Assembly (NCBI GenBank): GCA_965222375.1
Contig: CBDCTZ010000008.1
Location: 416,001-480,000 of the forward strand
Reading direction: 5' to 3'
Length of the DNA stretch: 64,000 nt
Origin: Polyangiaceae bacterium
GTDB taxonomy: Bacteria > Myxococcota_A > Polyangia > Polyangiales > Polyangiaceae
Shown here: positions 17,171 to 25,914 of the stretch, piece by piece
Numbering within the stretch: position 1 is the stretch's first letter
Layout of the letters: every line of letters begins with the position of its first letter
Made by a program: the position numbers and the translations under genes
The notes under the pieces: model-generated
What the model saw: only the letters and a program-made list of their open reading frames with translations
The model's database searches: none
What the model was told of the DNA's origin: nothing

Positions 17171-18451
17171 TCACGCGGAGTTCGTCTCGCTGGCGCGCTT
17201 TCGTTTGCGGGCGCTCTTGCGGGGTGCGTTCGCACGTTCCAGTTTGCGCTGAAGGCGGGCGCGGCGCTTGAGTTCCGCTTCGTTCCCTTCCCCGGTTCCA
17301 GCATCCAACATGCTCAGGGCCGCGGCCGGTGACTTGGCGTGGTGCTCGTACAGCTTGGCCAGCTCGAGCCGTAGGCTGGGATCATCGACTTCGGAGAGCA
17401 GAGATTCAAAGTCCGCCAGCGCGCTCGTGCGATCTCCCCGGGCCTTGGCGATCTTGCCCCGCATCCGCACTCCCGCCGCACCCACGCCCCGGCGTACGGC
17501 AAGCTCCGCCACCTGGCCGGCACGCTCGACGGCCTTCGCGCGGCGCAGGGTCTCGGCCATGTCCACTAGATCTTCAGGGCACAAGCGTTCGGTCGCCTCC
17601 CCGTACAAACCGACCAGCGCAACCATGCTGATCACGTCCCATGCGTTGTGCTCTACGACCTGAAAGAGAGCTTCTTCGTCACCGCTGCGCAAGAAGTGTG
17701 CGTAGCGCGCCGCAACGTCGCCACCGTCGATATCGCCGTCCCGCTCGAAGCCCAACACCTGACTTTCTAGCTGTTTCAACTTGCAGCCACCTAGGCGGCG
17801 CTTGTGCAGCCGCCGACCCACATGAAGCAAATCTAGATGAGGCCGCGACGGCAACTTGGGTCGTCGGTTCATGACCGCGCGGGTCCCGAGCAGGGGCAGG
17901 TCGAAGGCCTTGCCGTTGTAGCTGACCACGAACTGCGAGCGCTCCAGCCGCTCCTCCAACAGCGCCAGCATGCCGGCTTCCTCCCCGGGTTTGCGAATCA
18001 GCAGTTGCTCCAGCATCAACTGTCCCTCGTCGTACCAGGCAAGGCCAACTAGGAACGCGAGCACCCCTGCCCCGGTGCCGAGCCCGGTCGTCTCCGTGTC
18101 CAGGTACAGCGCCCGCGTCGGGTCCAGATCCGACAGACTGGGATCGAGAGCCAGCAGTGCGAGAGTTTCGCTGTCAGCCCGCTCCGCGGGAGCGATCGGC
18201 ATGCACCCGACTCGGTAGGATCGCGGCACGCTGTCGAGGCGTTGATGCAGCACACCTTCCTCGCGATCCCACTGTCGAAACGGCAGGGTCGTGCGACTCG
18301 GATTCGCCGGCGGCCTCGGCGCCTCGACGGGACGCTCCATAATCTCGGCCATGCGCTCGCGCAGCGCATTGAGGGTTGCGTCCCGCTCACCCTCGGTCTC
18401 GGCGCGCATCGGCGGCGGCGACATCCGAGAAAGACGACCCTTTAGATCCAC
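17171..18451 (-). CDS. YprB/MrfB-like DEDDh exonuclease (RNase H-like fold) with C-terminal TPR-like helices
   Basis: YLDTETTGL, SYNGKAFDLP, HLDLL, HNAWDV, ELAKLYEH; GTG start at 18451. Confidence 0.85.
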   Translation of the reverse strand: MDLKGRLSRMSPPPMRAETEGERDATLNALRERMAEIMERPVEAPRPPANPSRTTLPFRQWDREEGVLHQRLDSVPRSYRVGCMPIAPAERADSETLALLALDPSLSDLDPTRALYLDTETTGLGTGAGVLAFLVGLAWYDEGQLMLEQLLIRKPGEEAGMLALLEERLERSQFVVSYNGKAFDLPLLGTRAVMNRRPKLPSRPHLDLLHVGRRLHKRRLGGCKLKQLESQVLGFERDGDIDGGDVAARYAHFLRSGDEEALFQVVEHNAWDVISMVALVGLYGEATERLCPEDLVDMAETLRRAKAVERAGQVAELAVRRGVGAAGVRMRGKIAKARGDRTSALADFESLLSEVDDPSLRLELAKLYEHHAKSPAAALSMLDAGTGEGNEAELKRRARLQRKLERANAPRKSARKRKRASETNSA

Positions 18452-18467
18452 GGAACAGTTGTACAGG
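18451..18467 (-). promoter_or_regulatory. Putative LexA (SOS) box abutting the mrfB-like start
   Basis: Minus strand CTGTACAACTGTTCCG resembles the Myxococcus LexA consensus CTRHAMRYBYGTTCAGS. Confidence 0.5.
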
Positions 18468-18555
18468 TGCCCCGCTCCGCCCGCAAGCGAGCGCCCTGCA
18501 GCTGCCCCGCTGACCCGAAGCTGGCGCCGCGCTCTCCTGCTAGCCTGCCCCGGAA

Positions 18556-19188
18556 GTGACACACGTTTTTGGGCTCACGGGGGGTATCGGCAGCGGCAAG
18601 AGCACTGTCGCGGCCCACTTCCGCGAGCGCGGGCTCAGCGTCATCGACGCCGACGATCTCGCGCGAGAGGTCGTCGCCAAAGGCACGCCCGGATTGGCAG
18701 AAATCGTCGCCGCATTTGGCGACGACATGCTCGACGAGCAAGGACAGCTCGACCGCGCGCGGTTGGCAGAAGTCGTCTTCGGCGACGACGCCAAACGCGC
18801 CCAGCTGAATCAGATCACGCATCCGCGAGTGCGGCAGCTGTCGGTCGAGCGATTCCAACAATGCGACGAGCGCGGCGAAGCCGTCTGCTGTTACGAAGTG
18901 CCACTCCTCGTCGAAACGGGACTTGCCGAAGCATTGCGGCCACTGGTGGTCGTGACGGTCCCCGTGGAAGTGCAGATCGCTCGCAGCTGCGCCCGGGACG
19001 GCATGACTGAAGCACAAGCCCACGCGCGGGTCGCAGCTCAAATGCCGCTGGCGGAAAAGGCCGCGCTGGCCGATTACGTGATCGACAACTCTGGCACCCG
19101 CGAGCAAACGCGCACGCGCGCCAACGAGGTGTTAGACGCCATCCTGACGTCCCTGCACATCCCAAAGGAGCTCTACGCGCTGCGCTGA
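18556..19188 (+). CDS. coaE: Dephospho-CoA kinase
   Basis: GLTGGIGSGKST, IDADDLAREVV, THP, EVPLLVE, ADYVIDN. Confidence 0.95.
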   Translation: MTHVFGLTGGIGSGKSTVAAHFRERGLSVIDADDLAREVVAKGTPGLAEIVAAFGDDMLDEQGQLDRARLAEVVFGDDAKRAQLNQITHPRVRQLSVERFQQCDERGEAVCCYEVPLLVETGLAEALRPLVVVTVPVEVQIARSCARDGMTEAQAHARVAAQMPLAEKAALADYVIDNSGTREQTRTRANEVLDAILTSLHIPKELYALR

Positions 19189-20024
19189 CGCGCGGCGCGT
19201 AGGGTGTTTTCGAGCAACATCGCAATGGTCATGGGGCCCACACCGCCAGGTACCGGGGTGATCGCCCGAGCGACATCCTTCACGGCGTGAAAGTCCACAT
19301 CGCCGCAGAGCTTGCCGTTTTCGTCACGGTTCATGCCGACATCGAGCACGACGGCGCCGGGCTTGACCCACTCGGCCGTCACCATCTTGGCTCGGCCAAC
19401 GGCCGCAATCAGCACGTCCGCCTCCCGAGCGCGGGCCGCCAAGTCCTCGGTGCGCGAATGGGCGAGCGTCACCGTGGCGTGCTCGGCAAGCAGCAGGGCC
19501 GCAACAGGTTTGCCAACGATGTTGCTGCGCCCAATCACCAGGGCGCGGGCGCCCTTGAGTTTCGCGTCCGCCTCGACGAGCAATCGCATGCAGCCCCGAG
19601 GCGTGCACGGCACGAGGCCCGGGCGACCGGTCCAGAGTGCTCCGACGTTGACGGGGTGAAAGCCATCCACGTCCTTGGTTGGATCGATAGCGTCCAGGAT
19701 GGCGCCTGATGGCATCCCGCCCGGCAAGGGCAGCTGCACTAGGATCCCATCCACGGCATCCGTCTGGTTCAGCTCCAGGACAAGGCCGAGCACCTGAGCC
19801 TCCGTCACGGCGGCGGGCAGGCGGTGCACTTGCCCGGCGATGCCAACCTCGGCGGCGGCCTTCTCCTTGTTACGTACGTAGACCTGGGACGCGCCGTCTT
19901 CCCCGGCCAACACGACATGCAGGCCCGGCACGCGCCCGCTCTGCTGTTTGAACTCGCCAACGCCCTGTCGAACCTCTTCGCGAACCCGAGCCGCAATGGC
20001 CTTGCCATCGAGAATAGTTGCCAC
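19173..20024 (-). CDS. folD: Methylenetetrahydrofolate dehydrogenase/cyclohydrolase
   Basis: ILDGK, YVRNK, GILVQLPLP, KDVDGFHP, PCTP, GRSNIVGKP, TPVPGGVGPMT. Confidence 0.97.
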   Translation of the reverse strand: MATILDGKAIAARVREEVRQGVGEFKQQSGRVPGLHVVLAGEDGASQVYVRNKEKAAAEVGIAGQVHRLPAAVTEAQVLGLVLELNQTDAVDGILVQLPLPGGMPSGAILDAIDPTKDVDGFHPVNVGALWTGRPGLVPCTPRGCMRLLVEADAKLKGARALVIGRSNIVGKPVAALLLAEHATVTLAHSRTEDLAARAREADVLIAAVGRAKMVTAEWVKPGAVVLDVGMNRDENGKLCGDVDFHAVKDVARAITPVPGGVGPMTIAMLLENTLRAARQRSA

Positions 20025-20131
20025 GGCCCGCGACTATCACTTTCAGGCCCCGGCGAGAAGCCGATGGGCCGCCGCACCCGTGAAGCGTAAGCGGCGGACG
20101 CAACGCGGCGAGATTCCGCCTAGGCGGCAGA

Positions 20132-20932
20132 TCAAGGCGTGAGAGCGACGTCGGCGATGGTCAGGGCGCCGGCTCGCATTGCCAAGTCCACAGAGCCTTG
20201 CACCGTGCCGACGGAGAAGCTCACCTTCTGTTTGCTGGTGAAGGTCTGCGTCTGGGCGTTGACGATGATGGCGTAACCAGCATTGCCGGTTTGACCGGTC
20301 AGGTCACTCCAAGACCCGCTCGCGTCGTAGGCAATGGTCTCACCCTGGTGGGTGACGACGACTCCGCTCAAGGGCGTCAGTGTGCTGGCATCGAGGAAGC
20401 GCACGACGACGTGGGCGTGGCTGTCCGAGCGAGCCTCTGGCAAGGTCAGCAGGCCATAGACTTCGTCGACCACGCTCGCCGCAACCACGATCAAGTTCGC
20501 GCTGACGACCACCTCGGTGTTGATGGGTTGCAACGTAGGCAGAAACGCAGACCCTGTGTCCGGGCTGGCACTCACCCAGACCTCCGGGCCCGCCGCCAGA
20601 TCCTTCAACGTGTAGCTGTTTCCGTCGTACTTGGCAGTCACCGAACCACTGCCCGGAGCGTCGGCTTCCAGAGTCGCCGTCTCGATGAACGCGGCGCCGG
20701 TCACGAAGTCGTCGCTCGTAACACCAATGATGGAGCCCGTCAGGTTGGTCACATCACCAGCGGATCCGCCGCCGGCGCCGGCGGCGTTGCCGCCACCGCC
20801 TCCGATAGGCGTGATCGCGCAGTTCGGATCGTTCGGGGGGCAGTTGCCCAGGGGCGCCGCGCGGTCTTTTTCCTCCTGACAACCAAGCAGGGCCAGGCAA
20901 ATCCCCAGGGTCAAGTTCGGACGTCCGCGCAT
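20132..20932 (-). CDS. Putative lipoprotein, beta-sandwich-rich
   Basis: MRGRPNLTLGICLALLGC lipobox, Gly linker, beta-rich domains. Confidence 0.7.
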   Translation of the reverse strand: MRGRPNLTLGICLALLGCQEEKDRAAPLGNCPPNDPNCAITPIGGGGGNAAGAGGGSAGDVTNLTGSIIGVTSDDFVTGAAFIETATLEADAPGSGSVTAKYDGNSYTLKDLAAGPEVWVSASPDTGSAFLPTLQPINTEVVVSANLIVVAASVVDEVYGLLTLPEARSDSHAHVVVRFLDASTLTPLSGVVVTHQGETIAYDASGSWSDLTGQTGNAGYAIIVNAQTQTFTSKQKVSFSVGTVQGSVDLAMRAGALTIADVALTP

Positions 20933-21122
20933 CGAGTGGATCCTACGCTTGGTGGCGGGCTCGGGCCAGTTCCAGACCGCCACCCCGCGGCGGGGCGTTT
21001 TTTGGGCCCTATTCGAGAGTAGCGGCCCCGGCGGGCCCAGCGCTCACCCCTTCGGGTGTTGCCCCTCCGGGCATCACGAAGCGCGTCACAAGCGCGTCGA
21101 CCCCAAGAAACCAGCTGACGCC

Positions 21123-22055
21123 TTAGGCGACTGCCGCAGCAGCAACACGCGCCACGCGCCAGCGATGGAAACCGATCACGGCGACAACGAGCACCACTCC
21201 GATCAGCTGGGAGGTGCTCAGGCCGAACAAGCCACCGCGGTCGTCGCTGCGCCAGAACTCGAGCAGAAAGCGAACGATGGCGTATAGGGCCACGAAGGCC
21301 AGAAAGACCTGCCCGTCGTAGCGCTTGCGAGAGCCCACCCACAGGATCAGGACGGCTGCGATCGCAAAGGATCCCAGGGATTCGTAGATCTGCGTCGGGT
21401 GCACGGGCAGAGAGGGTTCGAAAGGCGATTCCAACAATCCCGACTTGAATTGGGATTCACTTGCCGGGCTGTGGGAAGGGAAAGACAGCGCCCAACCGAC
21501 CGACGACGGTGTTCCAAAACAACACCCCGCCAACAGACAACCCATCCGACCAAAACCGAGTCCGATGGGAATGACCATGCCGGCCATGTCCGCGGCTTTC
21601 CAAAACGGGAATCGATCCCGCTTCAGAAGAAACCATGCGGCCGCTGAAGCGCCGATGAAGCCGCCATAGTAGGTCAGACCCCCGGCCCAGAACTTCGCCC
21701 ATGCGAAACAGTCGGCTTCGGTCGGGTGGCACACGCCCTTGGCGGCATCCCAGACGCCTTGGTAGCGCTCACTGGTGCACTCGGAAATGGTGATTTTCCA
21801 GTCGACTTTGGACGGGTCCGTGCACAGATGCACGTAGTCCCAGAAGTAGCCATCGGCGATGACGTGAAGCACGCGAGCCCCGACCACGCCGGCCAAGAGC
21901 ATGGCCAGACCGAGGTCGACAACGACGTCCGGATCCTGGCCGACGCGCTTCGCCCAGATCGCCCCTGCTGCCGTGGCGAAGATGAAGCCCGTGAGCAGCA
22001 GCACGAAGTAGCTGGGAAACGGGATCTCGAAGACCGTGAACAGGCGACCTTGCAT
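21123..22055 (-). CDS. lgt: Prolipoprotein diacylglyceryl transferase
   Basis: GARVLHV, GGLTYYGGFIG, GRMGCLLAGCCFG, HPTQIYE, RFLLEFWR; directly downstream of lspA. Confidence 0.9.
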   Translation of the reverse strand: MQGRLFTVFEIPFPSYFVLLLTGFIFATAAGAIWAKRVGQDPDVVVDLGLAMLLAGVVGARVLHVIADGYFWDYVHLCTDPSKVDWKITISECTSERYQGVWDAAKGVCHPTEADCFAWAKFWAGGLTYYGGFIGASAAAWFLLKRDRFPFWKAADMAGMVIPIGLGFGRMGCLLAGCCFGTPSSVGWALSFPSHSPASESQFKSGLLESPFEPSLPVHPTQIYESLGSFAIAAVLILWVGSRKRYDGQVFLAFVALYAIVRFLLEFWRSDDRGGLFGLSTSQLIGVVLVVAVIGFHRWRVARVAAAAVA

Positions 22056-22089
22056 CGTCACTCATCCGGCGTGGACACGCGCTGCAAGT

Positions 22090-23280
22090 TCATGCCGGTG
22101 CTTCGGATTCATTCGCTTCATCGCCCGCGGCACCCTCTGGGGACGGTTCGCTTTCTGCGGAGGCTTGCCCCGCTTCCGTTGCAGGCTCATTGGAGGCGGT
22201 TTCGAGACCAGCGTCGGAACTTGCCGGTGGCACGTCAGCGCCAGGCTGCTCGAGGGCGCCCGAAGGCGGCGCTGCTTCCGGCAGCGATTCCGGTCCAGTG
22301 ACACCTGGAGCCAACACCGCAGCACCCCCGGCGTCCGGAATGACCTCAGCGCCCGAAGCGAGCTCACCGGCCCTCTTCGGAGGGGGCTCGGGCTTGCGGC
22401 GTGAGGTGATCATGTCGATGGCCATCAAGCCCACGCCAATGCAAATGAAGATGTCAGCGACGTTGAAGGTTGGCCAGTGATCCGTGATCGTCCAACCCTT
22501 CGAAAGCTTGGCAATGCCGCGATTCATGCCTTCGATCCAGTCGGCGCGAAAGTCGATGAAATCCACGACGCTGGAGCGAATGATGCGGTCGGATAGGTTG
22601 CCCAAGGCGCCACCCAGAACCAAAGGTAGACCCCACTTGAGGGCGCGCTGGCCGGGCGCCAGCCGGCTGTAGAGCGAAACGATGAACGCGATCGCCAGCA
22701 CGCTCACGGCGAGGAAGAACGGCTTGCGGATATTCTCGCTCGCGTCGTGCAAGAGTCCCCACGCGCCGCCGCGGTTGTACGCGAGGGTGAACATCAGATG
22801 ATCTGGAATCAGCGCGATGGAGGGGTCGTCCAAGGTGCGCCTGGACAGCTCGACTTCCGCCCACGCTTTCGAACCGATGTCCAGGGCAAGGGACACCGCG
22901 GCCAGTACGCCGAAAAAGAGATAGGTGGGTCGTCCGCGCATAGCTGCGACGCTCTCAGCGGTCAGCTCGGGTTCCTCCGCCTTCGACGGAGTTGGGGCGG
23001 CAGGCGTTGCGGCCATGTCTGCAGCGCCGGGCGAACCGACGACATCCGCAGCGCCGGGCGAACGGACGGAACTCGTCGCACCCGAAACGGACATCGCTGG
23101 ACCGGCGGTATCGCTATCGAGGGCGACCGCAGCAAGACTGTCGGCGGGCATGTCCCCCAAGATCGGCGCTGCCTCTTCCGCCGGCTTTGGACCCGGGTCA
23201 CCAGCGGCGGAGGCATCGCCCGCGGCAGCGCCGTCCGGAGCGTCTGTCCCCTTCGTTTCGGGCTCGGTGGGATCCGTCAT
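22090..23280 (-). CDS. lspA: Lipoprotein signal peptidase II with long disordered N- and C-terminal extensions
   Basis: DIGSK, YNRGGAWG, GGALGNLSDR, VVDFID, WPTFNVAD. Confidence 0.92.
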   Translation of the reverse strand: MTDPTEPETKGTDAPDGAAAGDASAAGDPGPKPAEEAAPILGDMPADSLAAVALDSDTAGPAMSVSGATSSVRSPGAADVVGSPGAADMAATPAAPTPSKAEEPELTAESVAAMRGRPTYLFFGVLAAVSLALDIGSKAWAEVELSRRTLDDPSIALIPDHLMFTLAYNRGGAWGLLHDASENIRKPFFLAVSVLAIAFIVSLYSRLAPGQRALKWGLPLVLGGALGNLSDRIIRSSVVDFIDFRADWIEGMNRGIAKLSKGWTITDHWPTFNVADIFICIGVGLMAIDMITSRRKPEPPPKRAGELASGAEVIPDAGGAAVLAPGVTGPESLPEAAPPSGALEQPGADVPPASSDAGLETASNEPATEAGQASAESEPSPEGAAGDEANESEAPA

Positions 23281-23396
23281 GATCGGCCGGGGTAGTTACG
23301 ACAGGACGCTCGGATCCGCCAGTGATCTGCCACCCGAGCCAGCCAAACCCGCATCGTTTTGTGGAATATGAGGGCCGGTCGGCCATTGCCGCACCC

Positions 23397-23421
23397 CCGA
23401 ACATCTGTTTAGGTGTTCAGG
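23397..23421 (+). promoter_or_regulatory. Putative LexA box(es) abutting the mrfA-like start
   Basis: CCGAACATCTGTTTAGG (15/17 to CTRHAMRYBYGTTCAGS) followed by TGTTCAGG, whose last G is the first base of the GTG start. Confidence 0.55.
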
Positions 23422-25853
23422 TGAATCGCGCACCTTGGCATCAAGACCGCGGCGCGGGGGCCGTGGTGGAAAAATGGCTGGCTTCGGGCGGTGTCCGCCA
23501 CTGCCTCTCAGCGGACGTGTCGACCCCGAGCCACGACGCAACAACGCGTCGAATGCCAAAGCATCTCGCGCCTCAACTGCGGCGTGCCTTGGACGATCGC
23601 GGCATCACCCAGCTGTACAGCCACCAGGCGGAGGCCATCAGCGCGGCGCGCCGTGGACGCCACGTCGTCATCGCCACGCCAACCGCCAGCGGCAAGAGCC
23701 TGTGCTTTCACCTTCCAGTACTCCAGGCACTCAGCGAAGACCCAACAGCCAGCGCCCTATTCCTCTACCCAACGAAAGCCCTGTCTCGGGACCAAGAACA
23801 CGCCCTTCGCGAGCTCATCACGGATGCGAAGCTCGGTGTGGCCGCGACGGTGTACGACGGTGACACACCTGGCGACGCACGACGCCTGGCGCGGGAACGT
23901 TGTCGCATCGTCCTGACCAATCCCGACATGCTGCACGCCGGTATCTTGCCCAACCACACCAAGTGGGTCTCCACGTTCCAGGGCTTGCGCTACGTCGTGC
24001 TCGACGAACTGCATACCTACCGCGGCGTCTTCGGGTCACACATGGCACACGTCATCGCAAGACTGAAACGCATCGCGCGCTTCCACGGGGCAGATCCGGT
24101 GTTCATCACCGCCACGGCGACCATCGGCAACCCGAAGGCCCATGCCGCACGCCTGATCGGCGCGGATGAAAGCCAAATAGAACTGGTAGATCGCTCGGGG
24201 GCGCCCCGAGCCAGTCGTCGGCTCTTCGTCTACAACCCGCCCATCGTCAACGAGGAGCTCGGGATCCGAGCTAGCGCCCTCAAGCAAAGCGTGAACCTGG
24301 CGTCGGATCTGGTGCGCGCCAAAGTACCCACCATTGTCTTCGGTCCGTCCCGCAACAGCGTCGAAGTGATGCTGAAGTACTTGCGAGCTCGAGTGGGCGA
24401 CGTGGCCGGCGCTGACGCCATCATGGCTTATCGTGGCGGCTATCTGCCGGACAAGCGTCGGCAGATCGAAGCCGGCCTGCGGGAAGGGCGCATCTTGTGT
24501 GTGGTTGCGACCAACGCCCTCGAACTCGGCATCGACATCGGCGACTTGGACGCGGTGATCTGTGCGGGCTACCCGGGTAGCGTCGCAGCCACGTGGCAGC
24601 GCTTTGGTCGTGCCGGGCGCCGGGGTGAAAACAGCATCGGCGTGTTGGTCTGCACGAGCTCGCCCTTGGACCAGTACCTGGCGCGGGACCCGAGCTATCT
24701 GATTGGCGCACCCGCGGAGGAAGCCCGCATCGATCCGGACAACGTGGAAGTCCTCGTGCAGCACCTCAAATGCGCCACCTTCGAAGCCCCCTTCGAGATC
24801 GCCGGAGCTGGGCCGCGGCCCGCGCACCCGGAAGTCGCCGAGGGGGATGGCTACGGCGCACTGTCTCCAAACTCGACCCGAGACGCCTTGGACTATCTGT
24901 CCCAGCACGGCCTGGTTCACGACAATGGGGGCGTGTTTCACTGGTCTGGAGAGGCGTTTCCCGCCAACCATGTCTCCCTTCGCAACATCGGCTGGGACAA
25001 CTTCGTGATCATCGATGTCGCGACGGATCGCAGCATTGCGGAGCTCGACTGGCGCGCCGCTCACACCATGCTCCACGAGCAGGCAATCTATCAACACGAC
25101 GCCGAACAGTTCCAAGTGGAGCGCTTGGACTTCGAGAACCACAAGGCCTTCGTGCGCAAGGTCGCACCCGACTACTTCACGACCGCGCTGACTTATCGCA
25201 CTGTGCAAGTCATCGACGAAGCCAAGACGTCCACAGCCGGCTTGGCACGCACCGGCCTGGGTGACGTAAAAGTCGAAGAAAAGGTCACGGGCTACAAGAA
25301 GATCAAGTTCTTCACTCACGAAAACGCCGGCTATGGAGACGTGCATCTTCCGGAAATGCAAATGCACACGACAGCCTTTTGGCTGACCGTTCCCGAGGAC
25401 GTGCTGGAGCAGATGAACGCGCCGCGGGCCGTCGTCATCGACGGCTTGCGAGGGCTGGGGCGCGCGCTCGAAACCGTCAGCACGCTGGCGTTGATGTGCG
25501 ACCCAAGGGACGTCGGCCAGACCCTCGGCGACGGCGGTGCGCCGGGAGGAAGAACCCTCTCGCCGGGGCGCGATCCTTTCGGCGGCCGTATGGGAGGTTT
25601 TGATCCAACGATCTTCCTCTTCGACGCCCTGCCCGGCGGCGTCGGCCTCGCCCCCCGGATCTTCGACCGCACGGTGGAGCTGCTTTCGCGGGCGCGGGCG
25701 TTGATGGAAGGCTGCCGCTGCGAGCACGGCTGTCCGGCCTGCGTCGGACCGACCGAAGAGTCCGATAGCCGTCGCCGGACCGCGCTGCGCCTACTATCGG
25801 CCCTCGATCTGCGTGACCCCAGTCCCCACGCGCCGCAGGTCGAAGCCGGATGA
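23421..25853 (+). CDS. YprA/MrfA-like DEAD/DEAH helicase with C-terminal DUF1998
   Basis: LYSHQ, TPTASGKS, YPTKAL, TNPDMLH, LDELH, TATIGNP, ATNALELGIDIG, QRFGRAGR, C-terminal C...CRCEHGCPAC; GTG 23421 preferred as start. Confidence 0.92.
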   Translation: MNRAPWHQDRGAGAVVEKWLASGGVRHCLSADVSTPSHDATTRRMPKHLAPQLRRALDDRGITQLYSHQAEAISAARRGRHVVIATPTASGKSLCFHLPVLQALSEDPTASALFLYPTKALSRDQEHALRELITDAKLGVAATVYDGDTPGDARRLARERCRIVLTNPDMLHAGILPNHTKWVSTFQGLRYVVLDELHTYRGVFGSHMAHVIARLKRIARFHGADPVFITATATIGNPKAHAARLIGADESQIELVDRSGAPRASRRLFVYNPPIVNEELGIRASALKQSVNLASDLVRAKVPTIVFGPSRNSVEVMLKYLRARVGDVAGADAIMAYRGGYLPDKRRQIEAGLREGRILCVVATNALELGIDIGDLDAVICAGYPGSVAATWQRFGRAGRRGENSIGVLVCTSSPLDQYLARDPSYLIGAPAEEARIDPDNVEVLVQHLKCATFEAPFEIAGAGPRPAHPEVAEGDGYGALSPNSTRDALDYLSQHGLVHDNGGVFHWSGEAFPANHVSLRNIGWDNFVIIDVATDRSIAELDWRAAHTMLHEQAIYQHDAEQFQVERLDFENHKAFVRKVAPDYFTTALTYRTVQVIDEAKTSTAGLARTGLGDVKVEEKVTGYKKIKFFTHENAGYGDVHLPEMQMHTTAFWLTVPEDVLEQMNAPRAVVIDGLRGLGRALETVSTLALMCDPRDVGQTLGDGGAPGGRTLSPGRDPFGGRMGGFDPTIFLFDALPGGVGLAPRIFDRTVELLSRARALMEGCRCEHGCPACVGPTEESDSRRRTALRLLSALDLRDPSPHAPQVEAG

Positions 25854-25914
25854 GGCCGGCCTGCCCCGGAGCGTGGTTGCGCCAGGTGCACGTGCGCCCT
25901 AGCCTTTTGCCTTG

